From contig NC_135759.1 in assembly GCF_052425735.1 (NCBI RefSeq), forward strand, positions 30,070,001 to 30,134,000: 64,000 nucleotides of DNA. The letters run 5' to 3'. A program made the position numbers and the translations under genes. Below, piece after piece: positions 13,208 through 26,100 of the stretch (position 1 is its first letter; the number at the start of each line of letters is the position of its first letter). The stretch is from Oculina patagonica (taxonomy: Eukaryota). The notes under the pieces are model-generated. The model worked only from the letters and a program-made list of their open reading frames with translations. It made no database searches and had not been told where the DNA came from.

Positions 13208-14021
13208 TTTGTTTGAATGTCACGTGTACGCACTATGCTGCACTATCACTTTTCGCACAGAGACACTTTCATTATTTTACTTTTGCAACTTTCACGAGGA
13301 ATATTGAAGGCATTGTTTCATTTGTAGCTGTATGCAGCAATTAGTGTGAAGATGAAGATAAAATGAAGTGTATCAGAATTCCACAATTGTGTGGGAACGG
13401 AGTCAAAGGAAAAGTTCGACTGTTCCAATCCAACGGGTGGGATCAAGGGCTTTTGAAAATCTGCTTTTCGAAGATATAGCATGAAGAGATTGGGAGGATT
13501 GATACTCTCACTGGATGGAAGGCTATGTAATCCCACCACATGTAAGCCAACCTACCCCTCCCTTCCTCCGATGATAGGCTCACTTGTATGATAATATTTT
13601 TTAATGAATATATGAAATTCATATATTTGTACTGCGGATATACATTTTAAGCAAATGAAAGATCATCGCCTTTTTTTTTTTTTTTTCTTGTGTTGTTTAC
13701 AACCCCCCATACTGTAAAGTGTACTTTGCAGTTCATATCGATATTATTACAGATAGTCATAGACTTAGAAGAGATAACAGTCGCTATATAAAATACAGAA
13801 ACGTTTGCAACCTGACGAACGAAAGATTGAAGGGCAACTGAAGAAACAAAGCCACCTTGATTTACTACTGGATAGGAGGGAAACAGCACGAATTCTTACA
13901 AGTGAATGTCAAATTACGATTTTTTGCTTTATTTATATTTTTTAGTTTAATGTTTTTACAAATCAATTATTTATTTTTATCTCTAGGCTGTTTCCATTTG
14001 GGTCCATAACCTTTTTGCTTC

Positions 14022-15222
14022 TTAGAACTTGAGTTTTTTACTCTTGTCTTCTTTCTTGTCCTTGCTTGATTTTATTTCCTTTTTGGAAGCTTCATCATCT
14101 TCATCATCTGACTTTGCCTCCTCTGAATTGTCCTCGTAGCCTCGGATGCAGGCCCTACGTCCAAAGAACCTGTGAAGAAGAAGAAAATTTGACTAATCAG
14201 CATCTTATATTTTCAATATTGTCAATCAATAATTCTGCAAAATTAAATTTGTCATTTGCTACATTCAGAAGATAGTCAAAACAGTGCGTGAAGTGTGACT
14301 CCCCCGACATACCCAATCCGTTCTTCTGCCAATCCACCAAATCTCTTTAAACTGATCTCTTGCATCTTACACTTTAGGAAGATATGATATCTTCAAAAGT
14401 CTGTGTAATTCCCAAAGTAAAGTAGAGTAAAGAGTAATTAAAACAAGCCCGCGTTCATATAGCCCGCACGCAAACACGAAAGTGATTTTCAGATCTAAAG
14501 AACTCGAAAACTTGTGTTAACCTGAACTGCGGGTTAAAAATTTACTCAGGGACTTTAATTCCGAATTCAAGAGCTCTGAAACACATGTTTGGCATCAAGC
14601 TATGCAAATACGTAATAGCTCTTGCAGTTTTCTTTTTTTTTTAAAGAAAAATAATAACATAAAAACCCTCGCTATTCGATCAAGCACCAACATCAGCCTA
14701 CGAAGATTGGTGTTTTATAACCAGTGCTTTTTTTTGTCTTTTTCCTGGGCCCGGTTGTTCAAGGGGTGGATAAAATCACTATCCAGGGGATAAGTGTTGA
14801 CAAAAGACCACAAAACAAACTACGCTATCCATTGGATAGTGATTTATCTGGAGGATATAGCGTTATCCATCCTTTGACAACCGGGATGAGTGATGGTCTT
14901 GTGTTGTGTTATGACACACACATACTCCCATACGCGACCCAGGAACTATATATTTTTTTAGAAATTGCTATGCAAAAAACATGCACAATAGTAACAATAA
15001 CATCATACCCAACAGTCCTGCACACCAGCCCCTTTTTGCAGTAGTTGGAAACGTCTTCGGCTCTTCTGAAGAGATCAAACAAGCTTGAGTGTCCACATGT
15101 AGCTCCCTCTCCCAGCTTGGCCATGCACACACGGTTGAAGCGACTGATGTCGGGTTGCTCCCTGCAGCTTAGTTCCTCGGCGTCAGTGGAATGGCATTCG
15201 CTGTCTGAGTCACAGAATGTAC
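14022..15222 (-). CDS. Duplicated last two exons of Dkk-C (orphan or alternative 3' exons; intact)
   Basis: Exons 15222-15009 and 14169-14022 have intact splice sites and the same protein sequence as 24324-24111 / 23336-23189. No copy of exons 1-2 is present in this block. Confidence 0.7.
14748..14885. mobile_element. Short palindromic MITE (ggcccggttgttcaa...ttgacaaccggg)
   Basis: Terminal inverted repeats and internal tggata/tatcca motifs. There is a truncated duplicate at ~23860-23990 and a related decayed copy at ~36710-36850. Confidence 0.65.
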
Positions 15223-16885
15223 CTACAAATGATAATTCAGTTGAGAAATGATGGTCAAGGTATCAAAATGTTTCCTACAGAACGACTTCAGTATAATGTA
15301 GCCGCTTCTCATCGGATGTTTCGCCGGAGGCCAGGGACTATTGGCCTCACTTATCTCTTGCACCACAGTGCATACATTTATGCCGTCTACATCAGGAGTA
15401 AAAAGAAAGAGTTTGCAATTTAGTGACTCAAACATTTAATAACTTAGATTTGACCTTGGACATTTGTTTCCTTCTAAATCCATAAATAACAGTTTCTTTA
15501 AGAAAGATTCGGGTTAAATCTTGGTTGAATATCATAATTATTGTAAACGAAATTTCAATATGAAAAATTTTATCCGCATTTGCGAAAAGTCTTCAGGTGT
15601 ATTTAGTTAGGTCGCCACCTTGATTAATTATTTGGTTTATTGCAGCGAGTTTACAAATAAAGCCCTCCTTGTTCTTGCAATTTTCCAGCGTGCCGCACTT
15701 AAAAAAAAGCATTCCACACACCCAGACTCGTTGGGGTTAACCTTTACCCCAAAGTGGGAAGTTACGGCAATGGTATTTACTGTCGCTGCCCAAATAAAGT
15801 CCAAACCAAATTTCAACCACTTTGCCAACGTTCGCGAAGTAAAACAGAGGAATAAATGCTTTGGGAGGGGAGAGTGTGTTTTGTACATTCGCCAGTTGAC
15901 AATAAATGTCTGTTACCGACAAGGAACTAACCAAAAGGATATTTCTGTTTCTCGGACCCAACATGACAAGTTACATTGAGACTGTTCAAGTGCAATTAAC
16001 TACAGCAAAATGAAATCCAAAGCCCAGGAGCTGATTATGTTCTAATTACCGATTTGCCTCAAAAAAAGTTGGCACAAATGTTAGATGTAACGTGTATGGT
16101 CATCAAATAACCATCTTCTGTCCAAATTATGGGGATCTCCTACACTAATGGCCATGACTGTTATGGGAATGAACCGTTTATACGGTATGGGTTGCAGCGA
16201 CTTGTAGCAGGGACAAAAACACAACATGTACATACACAAGAACGTGTAACGGGAACATGTTGTAGCGATATGTCCCCTGCTATATGTCTTCGCTACATTT
16301 TCTTTAGTGTGTACGTGTTGTGATTTTGTCCCTGAATTTATCATATGACCCTCTGTGTGTCGGGACATCTATTTTTTGACCCAGGCCACCTATTGGTGTG
16401 ACTATTGCTATCTTCAGGCATTTTTTCATATCAAATAAATCATGGTCTTGTATGGCAAAACTCAAAGCTACTACTCAAAGGATATTTTTAAAATTTAGTT
16501 GTAGCCAATAGTATTTCGACAACTTAGTTTGCTTAACATGAGCTATTAAAATGGAGAACATTATTTTTCACGTCCTGAAAACCTATATTTTGCCACTATC
16601 CGAAGGCTTTATTCTTAGAGCAGGTGCAAACACCTATACAAATAGTTTTGACAAAGGATTATTAAATATTCTATTAAGCAAAAACAGATGGTTCTTCAAC
16701 ACGCTGTAGTCTTTTTCAAGAAAAGCAACTTTATTTACTCGTGTTATAAACCTTTGGCCTATCGGTTGTTCGAAATCTAGTCTAATTAACCATAAAAACG
16801 CAACTTGCACATAAAAAAACCTAAAAGAATAACTTTTTTCCTTACTAACATTACGTGCTATTAGCTACGCTTACAGTAGGTAGTT

Positions 16886-17764
16886 TTATTCGGTGTTCTT
16901 ACATAGCATTTCTCTTGCTGTCTTTATGACTGCCGTTCGAAGCTCGCGAAGACGCCAGCAATATAAAAATGGGTTTATGGACGAATTCAAAAATACTGCA
17001 GTATCGCTTAAGTTCCAAGCAACTGTCCAGCGATCGTAGAAGAAAAATAAAATTGTCATGGAAATAAATAGCGGTGTATAACAAAGAATCATCACAATGT
17101 AATATATAAAAGTGTTTTTGGCACTTTTTACTGATCGTTGTATGTTGCTTTCGTCATTTAAACTTCCAACAGCGTTTTGTTGAGCGAGGATTTGTAACTG
17201 ATGCCGACGAACAATGAAATAAATTCTGACATAACAAACAGTAGAAAGCAAGAGATAAATAGGAATGCTTACAGCTGCAAGAAAATAATAAGCAGTTATT
17301 TTCCAAAAAGCAAGAAATGATACAAGGAAGGTAAACAACCAAAGGGTTATTATGGTATACTTTGCACGATGTATGGTCACCATATCTGGATATCGCATGT
17401 GATAGTGAAGAGCCAGGAATCGATCCAAACTTATGACTGTTATTGTACCAAGAGAGACACCGACTCCATTAACAGACATCGCGATCATTAGCTCGTACAA
17501 GGAACTAAATTTTGTTAATTCATATGCAATGTAAAGCGGTTGCACGATAAAGCCAACGAAAAGATCAGACACAGCCAGACTGCAGAGGAACAATATGGAC
17601 GGTGAGTTCAGTGAAGGGGTTCTCAATATGGCAGCCAACACCAGTGAATTTCCAATAATGGATATGAGCATCAGTGGAGCATTAAAGATGCAGTTTATGA
17701 TCACAATAGTTTCAGGACGATAGTTGCTCTCCTTAAGCTGATCAATTTCTGTCATGTTTTCCAT
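16886..17764 (-). CDS. Class A GPCR (adenosine/melanocortin-receptor-like), paralog A, copy 1
   Basis: Intronless 292-aa ORF with 7 hydrophobic segments and the motifs GN (TM1), LAVSD (TM2), DRF (TM3), CYTP (TM6) and NPFLY (TM7). Confidence 0.93.
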   Translation of the reverse strand: MENMTEIDQLKESNYRPETIVIINCIFNAPLMLISIIGNSLVLAAILRTPSLNSPSILFLCSLAVSDLFVGFIVQPLYIAYELTKFSSLYELMIAMSVNGVGVSLGTITVISLDRFLALHYHMRYPDMVTIHRAKYTIITLWLFTFLVSFLAFWKITAYYFLAAVSIPIYLLLSTVCYVRIYFIVRRHQLQILAQQNAVGSLNDESNIQRSVKSAKNTFIYYIVMILCYTPLFISMTILFFFYDRWTVAWNLSDTAVFLNSSINPFLYCWRLRELRTAVIKTAREMLCKNTE

Positions 17765-19206
17765 CCTCTTTTATAAAGTTTCAAAATACTTAAGGGCGCG
17801 GTTTACGTGCAATGTTGAGTTTTTGCCGAAAACTAAGCATATAAGAGAAATATATTCCACCAATAAACGTAGTGTTTGTAATCCATTTAAGCTCTTTAGG
17901 TTAAGAAAGGGTTAATGGATTGTTGCCAGTGCCAAAATTTAAATGGTAGTTTGCTAATTAATTCCTGGACATTTTATGAATCGCGCCACGCGTAGAATGG
18001 ACGACATTCAGGTTAAAAACGTTATATCGGAAATCAAGGATTTTCAAAGTTCACTGCTACGAGTGGCACATTTAAAATAAAATAATATTTAAAAATGTGT
18101 TCTCTTACTATAAAGGTTTAACTACTGAGCAGATGTTTTTTTTTTTTAATTCCCAGGAAACTAATCTCTGAGATTATAATGTAGAAATTGTTTCTAGAGT
18201 TGTTTACTTAAGACCAATAGAAAATTATCATTTTTTGACATTCCGCTTCTTTTTGTTAGGAATTTCTTTACATGATACTTTCTGTCCAAAAAAATATTTT
18301 TTGTATTTTTGGGGCCCCGCAAAATACCAATCTACATATCTCGTTATTATTTTCCTGTGGCCATTTGCAATATCACTGGCATTTCTAATGCTTGATATTA
18401 CGAATATTTAACTTCAACTAGCTATCTAGATGTTTCTATTATTTTTTCATCCTAGCCATCATGCACTAAAGAAATTACTGTTATATAATATTCTTTGATC
18501 TGCACTTTCAGGTCGCGCAAGGTCAACGTCCAGAATATTTGTTAAGTCGGTTTTAGAGAGTTGGGCCTGTGCCTGGCACGTTTTTGCTGCGTTGCATGTC
18601 TCTGACGCATTTCCTTCTGTGTGGACCTGTCGTGATTTCGTCCCTGCAACATGTCTCGTATTCAGGGACCTTCATTTTTTGATCCAAATGTTCGGTTTGA
18701 CTAATGCTATCTTCAGGGATCTTTAATATCAAGGAAAATGGTATTGCATATCTCGCTTGATGGCAGAACTCAAAATCGTTATTTACAGGACAATTTTTCA
18801 TTTTAGTTGTAGCCAATAGTATTCCGACAACTAATTTTGGCCTACACGAGCTGAGCAAGTGGTAGACCGTCTATTGACATTATTTTTACCGCCCTAAGGA
18901 CCTATATTTCGCTATTATGCGAAGGCTTTATTCTTAGAGCAGGTGCTAAACAACTGATACAATAAGTTTTAGAATAACAAAAGATTGTGCCGCGACAAAA
19001 TTAACTAAAATATTCTTTTTAGAAATAAAAGAGGGGAGAGAGGGTTGCGCAATCCACTGTAGTCTTAGTAGTTAGTAGTGCAATAACTGTTCAGTGCTTT
19101 AATAATCTGGAATAATTAACCACAAAAACGAAACATGCTAACTAAAAATAAACACCTAAACAAATAACATGTCTTCTTTACTAACTTGACGTGCTATTAG
19201 CTGCGC

Positions 19207-20100
19207 TTAGCTAGGGAAGTTTCCTTCTGTCCTCTTACATGACATTTTCTTTGCTGTCTTTATGACTGCCGTTCGAAGCTCGCGAAGGCGCCAGCAATAT
19301 AAAAATGGATTAATAGACGAATTCATAAATGCAACAGTATCGGTCAAGTTCCAAGCAACTGTCCAACGATCGTAGAAAAAAAATAAAATTGTCATGGAAA
19401 TGAATAGTGGTGTATAACACAAAATCATCACGATGTAATATATAAAAGTGTTTTTGGCACTTATCGCCGATGGTTGCATGTTGCTTTCGTCATTCAAACT
19501 TCCAACAGCGTTTTGTTGAGCGAGGATTTGTAACTGATGCCGACGAACAATACGATAAATTCTGACATAACAAACAGTAGAAAGCAAGAGGTGAATAGGA
19601 ATGCTTACAGCTATAACAAAATAATAAGCAGCACGTTTCCAAAGAGCAAAGAATGATACAAGGAAGTTTAACAACCAAAGAGTTGCGATAGTATACTTTG
19701 CACGATGCATGTTCACCATATTTTGATATCTCATGTGATAGTGAAGGGCCAGGAATCGATCCATACTTATGACTGTTATTGTACCAAGAGAGACACCAAC
19801 TCCGGTGACGGCGATCGTGATCATTGGCTGGTACAGGGAACTAAGTTTTGTTAATTCATATGCAATGTAAAGCGGTTGCAGAACAAGGCCAACGAAAAGA
19901 TCAGACACAGCCAGACTGCAGAGGAACAATATAGACGGTGAGTGAAGTGTAGGGGTTCTCAATATGGCAGCCAACACCAGTGAATTTCCAATAATGGATA
20001 TGAGCATCAGTGGAGCATTAAGGATGCAGTTTATGATCACAATCGTTTCAGGACGATCGTTGTTTTCCATTAGCTGACCACTTTCTGTTATGTTTTCCAT
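19207..20100 (-). CDS. Class A GPCR (adenosine/melanocortin-receptor-like), paralog B, copy 1
   Basis: Intronless 297-aa ORF with the same rhodopsin-family motifs; close paralog of A. Confidence 0.93.
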   Translation of the reverse strand: MENITESGQLMENNDRPETIVIINCILNAPLMLISIIGNSLVLAAILRTPTLHSPSILFLCSLAVSDLFVGLVLQPLYIAYELTKLSSLYQPMITIAVTGVGVSLGTITVISMDRFLALHYHMRYQNMVNMHRAKYTIATLWLLNFLVSFFALWKRAAYYFVIAVSIPIHLLLSTVCYVRIYRIVRRHQLQILAQQNAVGSLNDESNMQPSAISAKNTFIYYIVMILCYTPLFISMTILFFFYDRWTVAWNLTDTVAFMNSSINPFLYCWRLRELRTAVIKTAKKMSCKRTEGNFPS

Positions 20101-20162
20101 CCTCTTTTTTAAGTTTTAGACTTAAGTTTTAGACGTGTTATGTCGAGTCAGCCGAAGACTAA

Positions 20163-20860
20163 GAATAAGGTGAAACAATTAGAATCCTGGGTTTTGTTAT
20201 CTATTTATATTTAAAATCAGGCTTAATTGTTAATGGATTGCTGTTACATCCAAAATTTTAATTTTAAATTTTGGCCGTAACAGCAAAAAGATAACAAACA
20301 ACAGATAACAAACAGATATTGACATTTAAATATGTTATTAAATTCAGTCGTGTACGTTTTTTTTCCTTTTACGCCACGCGTAGAATGGACGACGAAACTT
20401 CAAGTAACCATTAACGTAACCACTTTACTTTTTAAATTGTGGCACAGCTAAAATGAAATAATGTTTAAAATATCTTCTGTTGGTATGGTTTCGTTACAAA
20501 GTAGATGTTTTATCGCCAGATCTTTTCCCAGGAAACTAGCATTTCTAGTTTCCGAAATTAGAATAAGGTGAAACAATTAGAATCCTGGGTTTTGTTATCT
20601 ATTTATATTTATAATCAGGCTTAATTGTTAATAGATTGCTGTTACATCCAAAATTTTAATTTTAAATTTTTGCCGTAACAGCAAAAAGATAACAAACAAC
20701 AGATAACAAACAGATATTGACATTTAAATATGTTATTTAATTCAGTCGTGTACGTTTTTTTCCTTTTACGCCACGCGTAGAATGGACGACGAAACTTAAA
20801 GTAACCATTAACGTAACCACTTTACTTTTAATTGCGGCAGTAAAATGAAATAATTTTAAA
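20163..20860. repeat. Local ~400-bp tandem duplication upstream of GPCR B copy 1
   Basis: gaataaggtgaaacaattagaatcctggg starts at both 20163 and 20561; block 2 has a single copy (~29110-29520). Confidence 0.9.
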
Positions 20861-23188
20861 TTTTTTTTTTGTTTTTTTTTCGCAGTCTTTTATTTTTATT
20901 TTCCCCCCCACATTACTTTTGACGTTCCACTTCTTTTACTTGGAATATTGTTTTTACTTTTTGTTTTTACTTTTTCTGGCTTAGCCGAATAGAAAACATT
21001 TCTATTCTAAGTTGAGACGCAAACAACAGCACAGTTTATTGAAGGAGCCGCCAGCGATCGAGTTTGTTACATCAGATGAATACAAAGATATATGAGCGAA
21101 AACATAACTGAGATATTTAACAACTTTTTACCGAAGTGGAGGTGGCTAAGTGGATAAATAGTAAATAGTTGTTTTAGTAATTATATTAAAACAGTGAGAT
21201 AATATAGCACAAAAGGATGCTTTTTGACTAGTTTAAGTTATTCCTGTTGAAGATTACAATTTTCTCGCGCGCAAAGCATATTTAGAGTTTGAGTAGCCAA
21301 TCAGCGCGCGCCAAAAACATTATTTTCTCTTGACACTATCCACTGTTAAGTATATGCTAATACAGTATATGTGCTGTTAACGTTAACGGTGAAGAGAATC
21401 TAGTGAATAAACAATTTTATTATATAAACTAGAGTGTATGGTGAATTACCAGGATTTTCCTTCGCTGTGAAAAATCATATCTTTAAACTTTAGAAGATCT
21501 TTTACATGTGAAGATATTGATTTCGACACGTAACTTGCTGACGAGTTTGCCATGTTTCGATGCTGAATGAGCAATATTTATCTATATTTAGTCGAAACCT
21601 CTTCGGATCGTCTTCGGCAATCTTCGGTAATCTTCGGAATTTTTTTGGAAAAGTTTGGAAAATGTTGGGAAAGATTCCTACGACCTTCGTACAACATTTT
21701 AAAACTGATGATCTTCGGAAAATCGTCAAAAACCTCGTAACAAACAGAATCATACATGGTTGCCGTTGGAGATCTCCATGCAACCATGTATTATCCTCTA
21801 TACAACCAAAAAAAAGAGAGCGGAAAAGAACGAAAACGTGATAACAATAAAAAATTAAGCTATTACTACAGTTGAAAACAAACTTATGAAAAATACATAA
21901 ATATTATACGAAAATAAGGAAAAACTGAACAGCCTCGAGTAAACTGCTCGGCGTCAAATGGTGTGATAGTTACAAAGAGGGGCTGAAAACCAAAAGGGAA
22001 CTGCAATGTGCAATAGAAATACAACTAAAAGAAAAACATTTCACTTTTTGGTGCTCCGGCGTATTAAAATGCCAGTCTATATATTTCGTAGTTATTTCCC
22101 ATGGCCAGGTTCAATATCATTTGCATTTCAACTCATTATCTAGATTTTAGACACTTTATTGAAAAGGCGGTGCTTAAAATACAGCCTTCTATGCTTGTAT
22201 TACGTGTTTATTCTTGTCATCACGTACGAATTACTGTTAGATAGTAATCTTTGATCTGCACTTTCAGATCGTCCTTTGTTTGAGGGTTTCAAAGAGTCAG
22301 TGGGCGCGTACCTGGCACATTTTCAACAGAAAAGAGAGTGCTTACCCGACGCAAGCACCTCAAAATGACTCATCGATTTTTAACAGAACAGTAAGCATAC
22401 AGTGCAATTACGTGCCATTTATATTGCACACACAATGACAGTTTGACTTAGAATTAACGCATTCTGTGAACAAACATGTTTAATGTCACGTGTACGCACT
22501 ATGCTGCACTATCACTTTTCGCACAGAGACACTTTCATTATTTTACTTTTGCAACTTTCACGAGGAATATTGAAGGCATTGTTTCATTTGTAGCTGTATG
22601 CAGCAATTAGTGTGAAGATGAAGAAAAAGTTCGACTGTTCCAATCCAACGGGTGGGATCAAGGGCTTTTGAAAATCTGCTTTTCGAAGATATAGCATGAA
22701 GAGATTGGGAGGATTGATACTCTCACTGGATGGAAGGCTATGTAATCCCACCACATGTAAGCCAACCTACCCCTCCCTTCCTCCGATGATAGGCTCACTT
22801 GTATGAAATGAATATATGAAATTCATATATTTGTACTGCGGATATACATTTTAAGCAAATGAAAGATCATCGCCCTTGTGTTGTTTACAACCCCCCATAC
22901 TGTAAAGTGTACTTTGCAGTTCATATCGATATTATTACAGATAACAGTCGCTATATAAAATACAGAAACGTTTGCAGCCTGACGAACGAAAGATTGAAGG
23001 GCAACTGAAGAAACAAAGCCACCTTGATTTACTACTGGATAGGAGGGAAACAGCACGAATTCTTACAAGTGAATGTCAAATTACGATTTTATGCTTTATT
23101 TATATTTTTTAGTTTAATGTTTTTACAAATCAATTATTTATTTTTATCTCTAGGCTGTTTCCATTTGGGTCCATAACCTTTTTGCTTC

Positions 23189-26100
23189 TTAGAACTTGAG
23201 TTTTTTACTCTTGTCTTCTTTCTTGTCCTTGCTTGATTTTATTTCCTTTTTGGAAGCTTCATCATCTTCATCATCTGACTTTGCCTCCTCTGAATTGTCC
23301 TCGTAGCCTCGGATGCAGGCCCTACGTCCAAAGAACCTGTGAAAGAAAAATTTGACTAATCAGCATCTTATATTTTCAATATTGTCAATCAATAATTCTG
23401 CAAAATTAAATTTGTCATTTGCTACATTCAGTAGATAGTCAAAACAGTGCGTGAAGTGTGACTCCCCCGACATACCCAATCCGTTCTTCTGCCAATCCAC
23501 CAAATCTCTTTAAACTGATCTCTTGCATCTTACACTTTAGGAAGATATGATATCTTCAAAAAACAAGCCCGCGTTCATATAGCCCGCACGCAAACACGAA
23601 AGTGATTTTCAGATCTAAAGAACTCGAAAACTTGTGTTAACCTGAACTGCGGGTTAAAAATTTACTCAGAGACTTTAATTCCGAATTCAAGAGCTCTGAA
23701 ACACATGTTTGGCATCAAGCTATGCAAATACGTAATAGCTCTTGCAGTTTTTTTTAAAGAAAAATAATAACATAAAAACCCTCGCTATTCGATCAAGCAC
23801 CAACATCAGCCTACGAAGATTGGTGTTTTATAACCAGTGCTTTTTTTGTCTTTTTCCTGGGCCCGGTTGTTCAAGGCGTGGATAAAATCACTATCCAGTG
23901 GAAACGTGTTGACAAAAGACCACAAAACAAACTACGCTATCCATTGGATAGTGATTTATCTGGAGGATATAGCGTTATCCATCCTTTGAAGAGTGATGGT
24001 CTTGTGTCGTGTTATGACACACCCATACTCCCATACGTGAACCAGCGGATTTATGTATTTTGTAGAATTTCTATGCAAAAGCATGCACAATAGTAACAAT
24101 AACATCATACCCAACAGTCCTGCACACCAGCCCCTTTTTGCAGTAGTTGGACACGTCCTCGGCTCTTCTGAAGAGATCAAACAAGCTGGAGTGTCCACAC
24201 GTAGCTCCCTCCCCCAGCTTGGCCATGCACACACGGTTGAAGCGACTGATGTCGGGTTGCTCCCTGCAGCTTAGTTCCTCGGCGTCAGTGGAATGGCATT
24301 CGCTGTCTGAGTCACAGAATGTACCTACAAATAATAATTCAGTTGAAAAATGATGGTCAAGGTATCAAAAGGTTTCCTACAAAACGTCTACTGCAGGAGT
24401 AAATAGAAAGAGTTTGCAATGAAGTGACTCAAACATTTAATTACTTAGATTTGACCTTGGACATTTGTTTCCTTTTAGTAGTTATATAAATAACAGTTTT
24501 TTTAAGAAAGATCCGGGTTTGATCTTGGTTGAATATCATAATTATTGTAAACGAAACTTCAATATGGAAATTTTATCCGTATTTGCAAAAAGCCTTCAGG
24601 AGTAGTTAGGTCGCTACCTTGATTAATTATTTAGTTTATTGCAACGAGTTTACAAATAAAGCCCTCCTTGCTCTTGCAATTTTCAGCGTGCCGCACTTAA
24701 AAAAACATTCCGCACACCAAGACACGTTGGGGTTAACCTTCATCCCAAAGTAGGAAGCTACGGCAGTGGTATTTACCGTCGCTACCCAAATAAAGTCCAA
24801 ACCAAATTTCAATCCGAAATTGCCAACGTTCGCGAAGTACAACGGAGGAATAAATGCTTCTGGAACGGAGTGGGGTGTGTTTTTTGTACATTCGCCAGAT
24901 GACAATAATTGTAAGTTACCGAGGCAAGGAACTAAATATAACCAAAAGGATATTTCTGTTTCTCTGACCCAATGTGACAAGTTACACTTAGACTGTTCAA
25001 GTGCAATTAACTACAGCAAAACTGAAATCCAAACCCAGGAGCTGATTATGCTCTATAATTACAATTTGCCTCAAAGTTGGCACAAATGTTAGATGTAACG
25101 TGTATGGTCATCAAATAGCCATCTTCTGTCCAAATCATGGAGACCTCCGACACTAATGGCCATGATTGTTATGGCCATGATTGTTATGATTGCCATGATT
25201 GTTAAGTGAGTCGTTTACACGATAGGTTGCAGCGACTTGTAGCAGGGCAAAAACGCAACATGTACATACACAACAAAGTGTAGCGGGAACATTTTCAAGC
25301 GACACCTCCCCTGCTATAATACATGTCTTTGCTACATTTCTTTCTGTGTGTACGTGTTGTGATTTTTTCAGGACCTTTATTTTTGACCCACTTACTGGTG
25401 TGACTATTGCTATCTTCAGGCATCTTTCATATCAAATATATGGTCTTGTGTAACTCAGAACTCAAATCTCCTACTAACAGGACATTTTTAAAATTTAGTT
25501 GTAGCAATAGTATTTCGACTACTTAACTTGCCTAAAATGAGCTATTAAAATGGAGAACATTATGGTTTTCACGCCCTAAAAACCTATATTTTGCCATTCT
25601 CTGAAGGCTTTATTCCTAAAGCAGGTGCTAAACACCTATACAAATAGTTTTAGGATGACAAAGGCTTGTTAAATATTCTATCAAGCAAAAACAGAGGGTT
25701 GTTCAACACGCTGTAGTCTTATTCAAGAAAAGCAACTTTATTGACTCGTGCACTAATAAACCTTTATCCTATCGGTTGCACGACATGTAGTCTAATTAAC
25801 TGGTACATTAAAAAACCTAAAAGAATAACTTTTTTCCTTACTAACATTACGTGCTATTAGCTACGCTTACAGTAGGTAGTTTTATTCGGTGTTCTTACAT
25901 AACATCTTCTTTGCTGTCTTTATGACTGCCGTTCGAAGCTCGCGAAGACGCCAGCAATATAAAAATGGGTTTATGGACGAATTCAAAAATACTGCAGTAT
26001 TACTTAAGTTCCAAGCAACTGTCCAGCGATCGTAGAAGAAAAATAAAATTGTCATGGAAATAAATAGCGGTGTATAACAAAGAATCATCACAATGTAATA

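Larger units (their letters stand above)
13009..22331. repeat. Segmental tandem duplication, copy 1 (~9.3 kb)
   Basis: Starts cttacccgacgcaagcacc and ends cctggcacattttcaacagaa. It is colinear with 22341-30571 at high identity with indels. Confidence 0.95.

Noticed and set aside
18553-18858. 101-aa ORF repeated at 27500-27805
   Set aside because: Conserved only because it lies in the recent duplication; non-ATG start and no recognisable domain.
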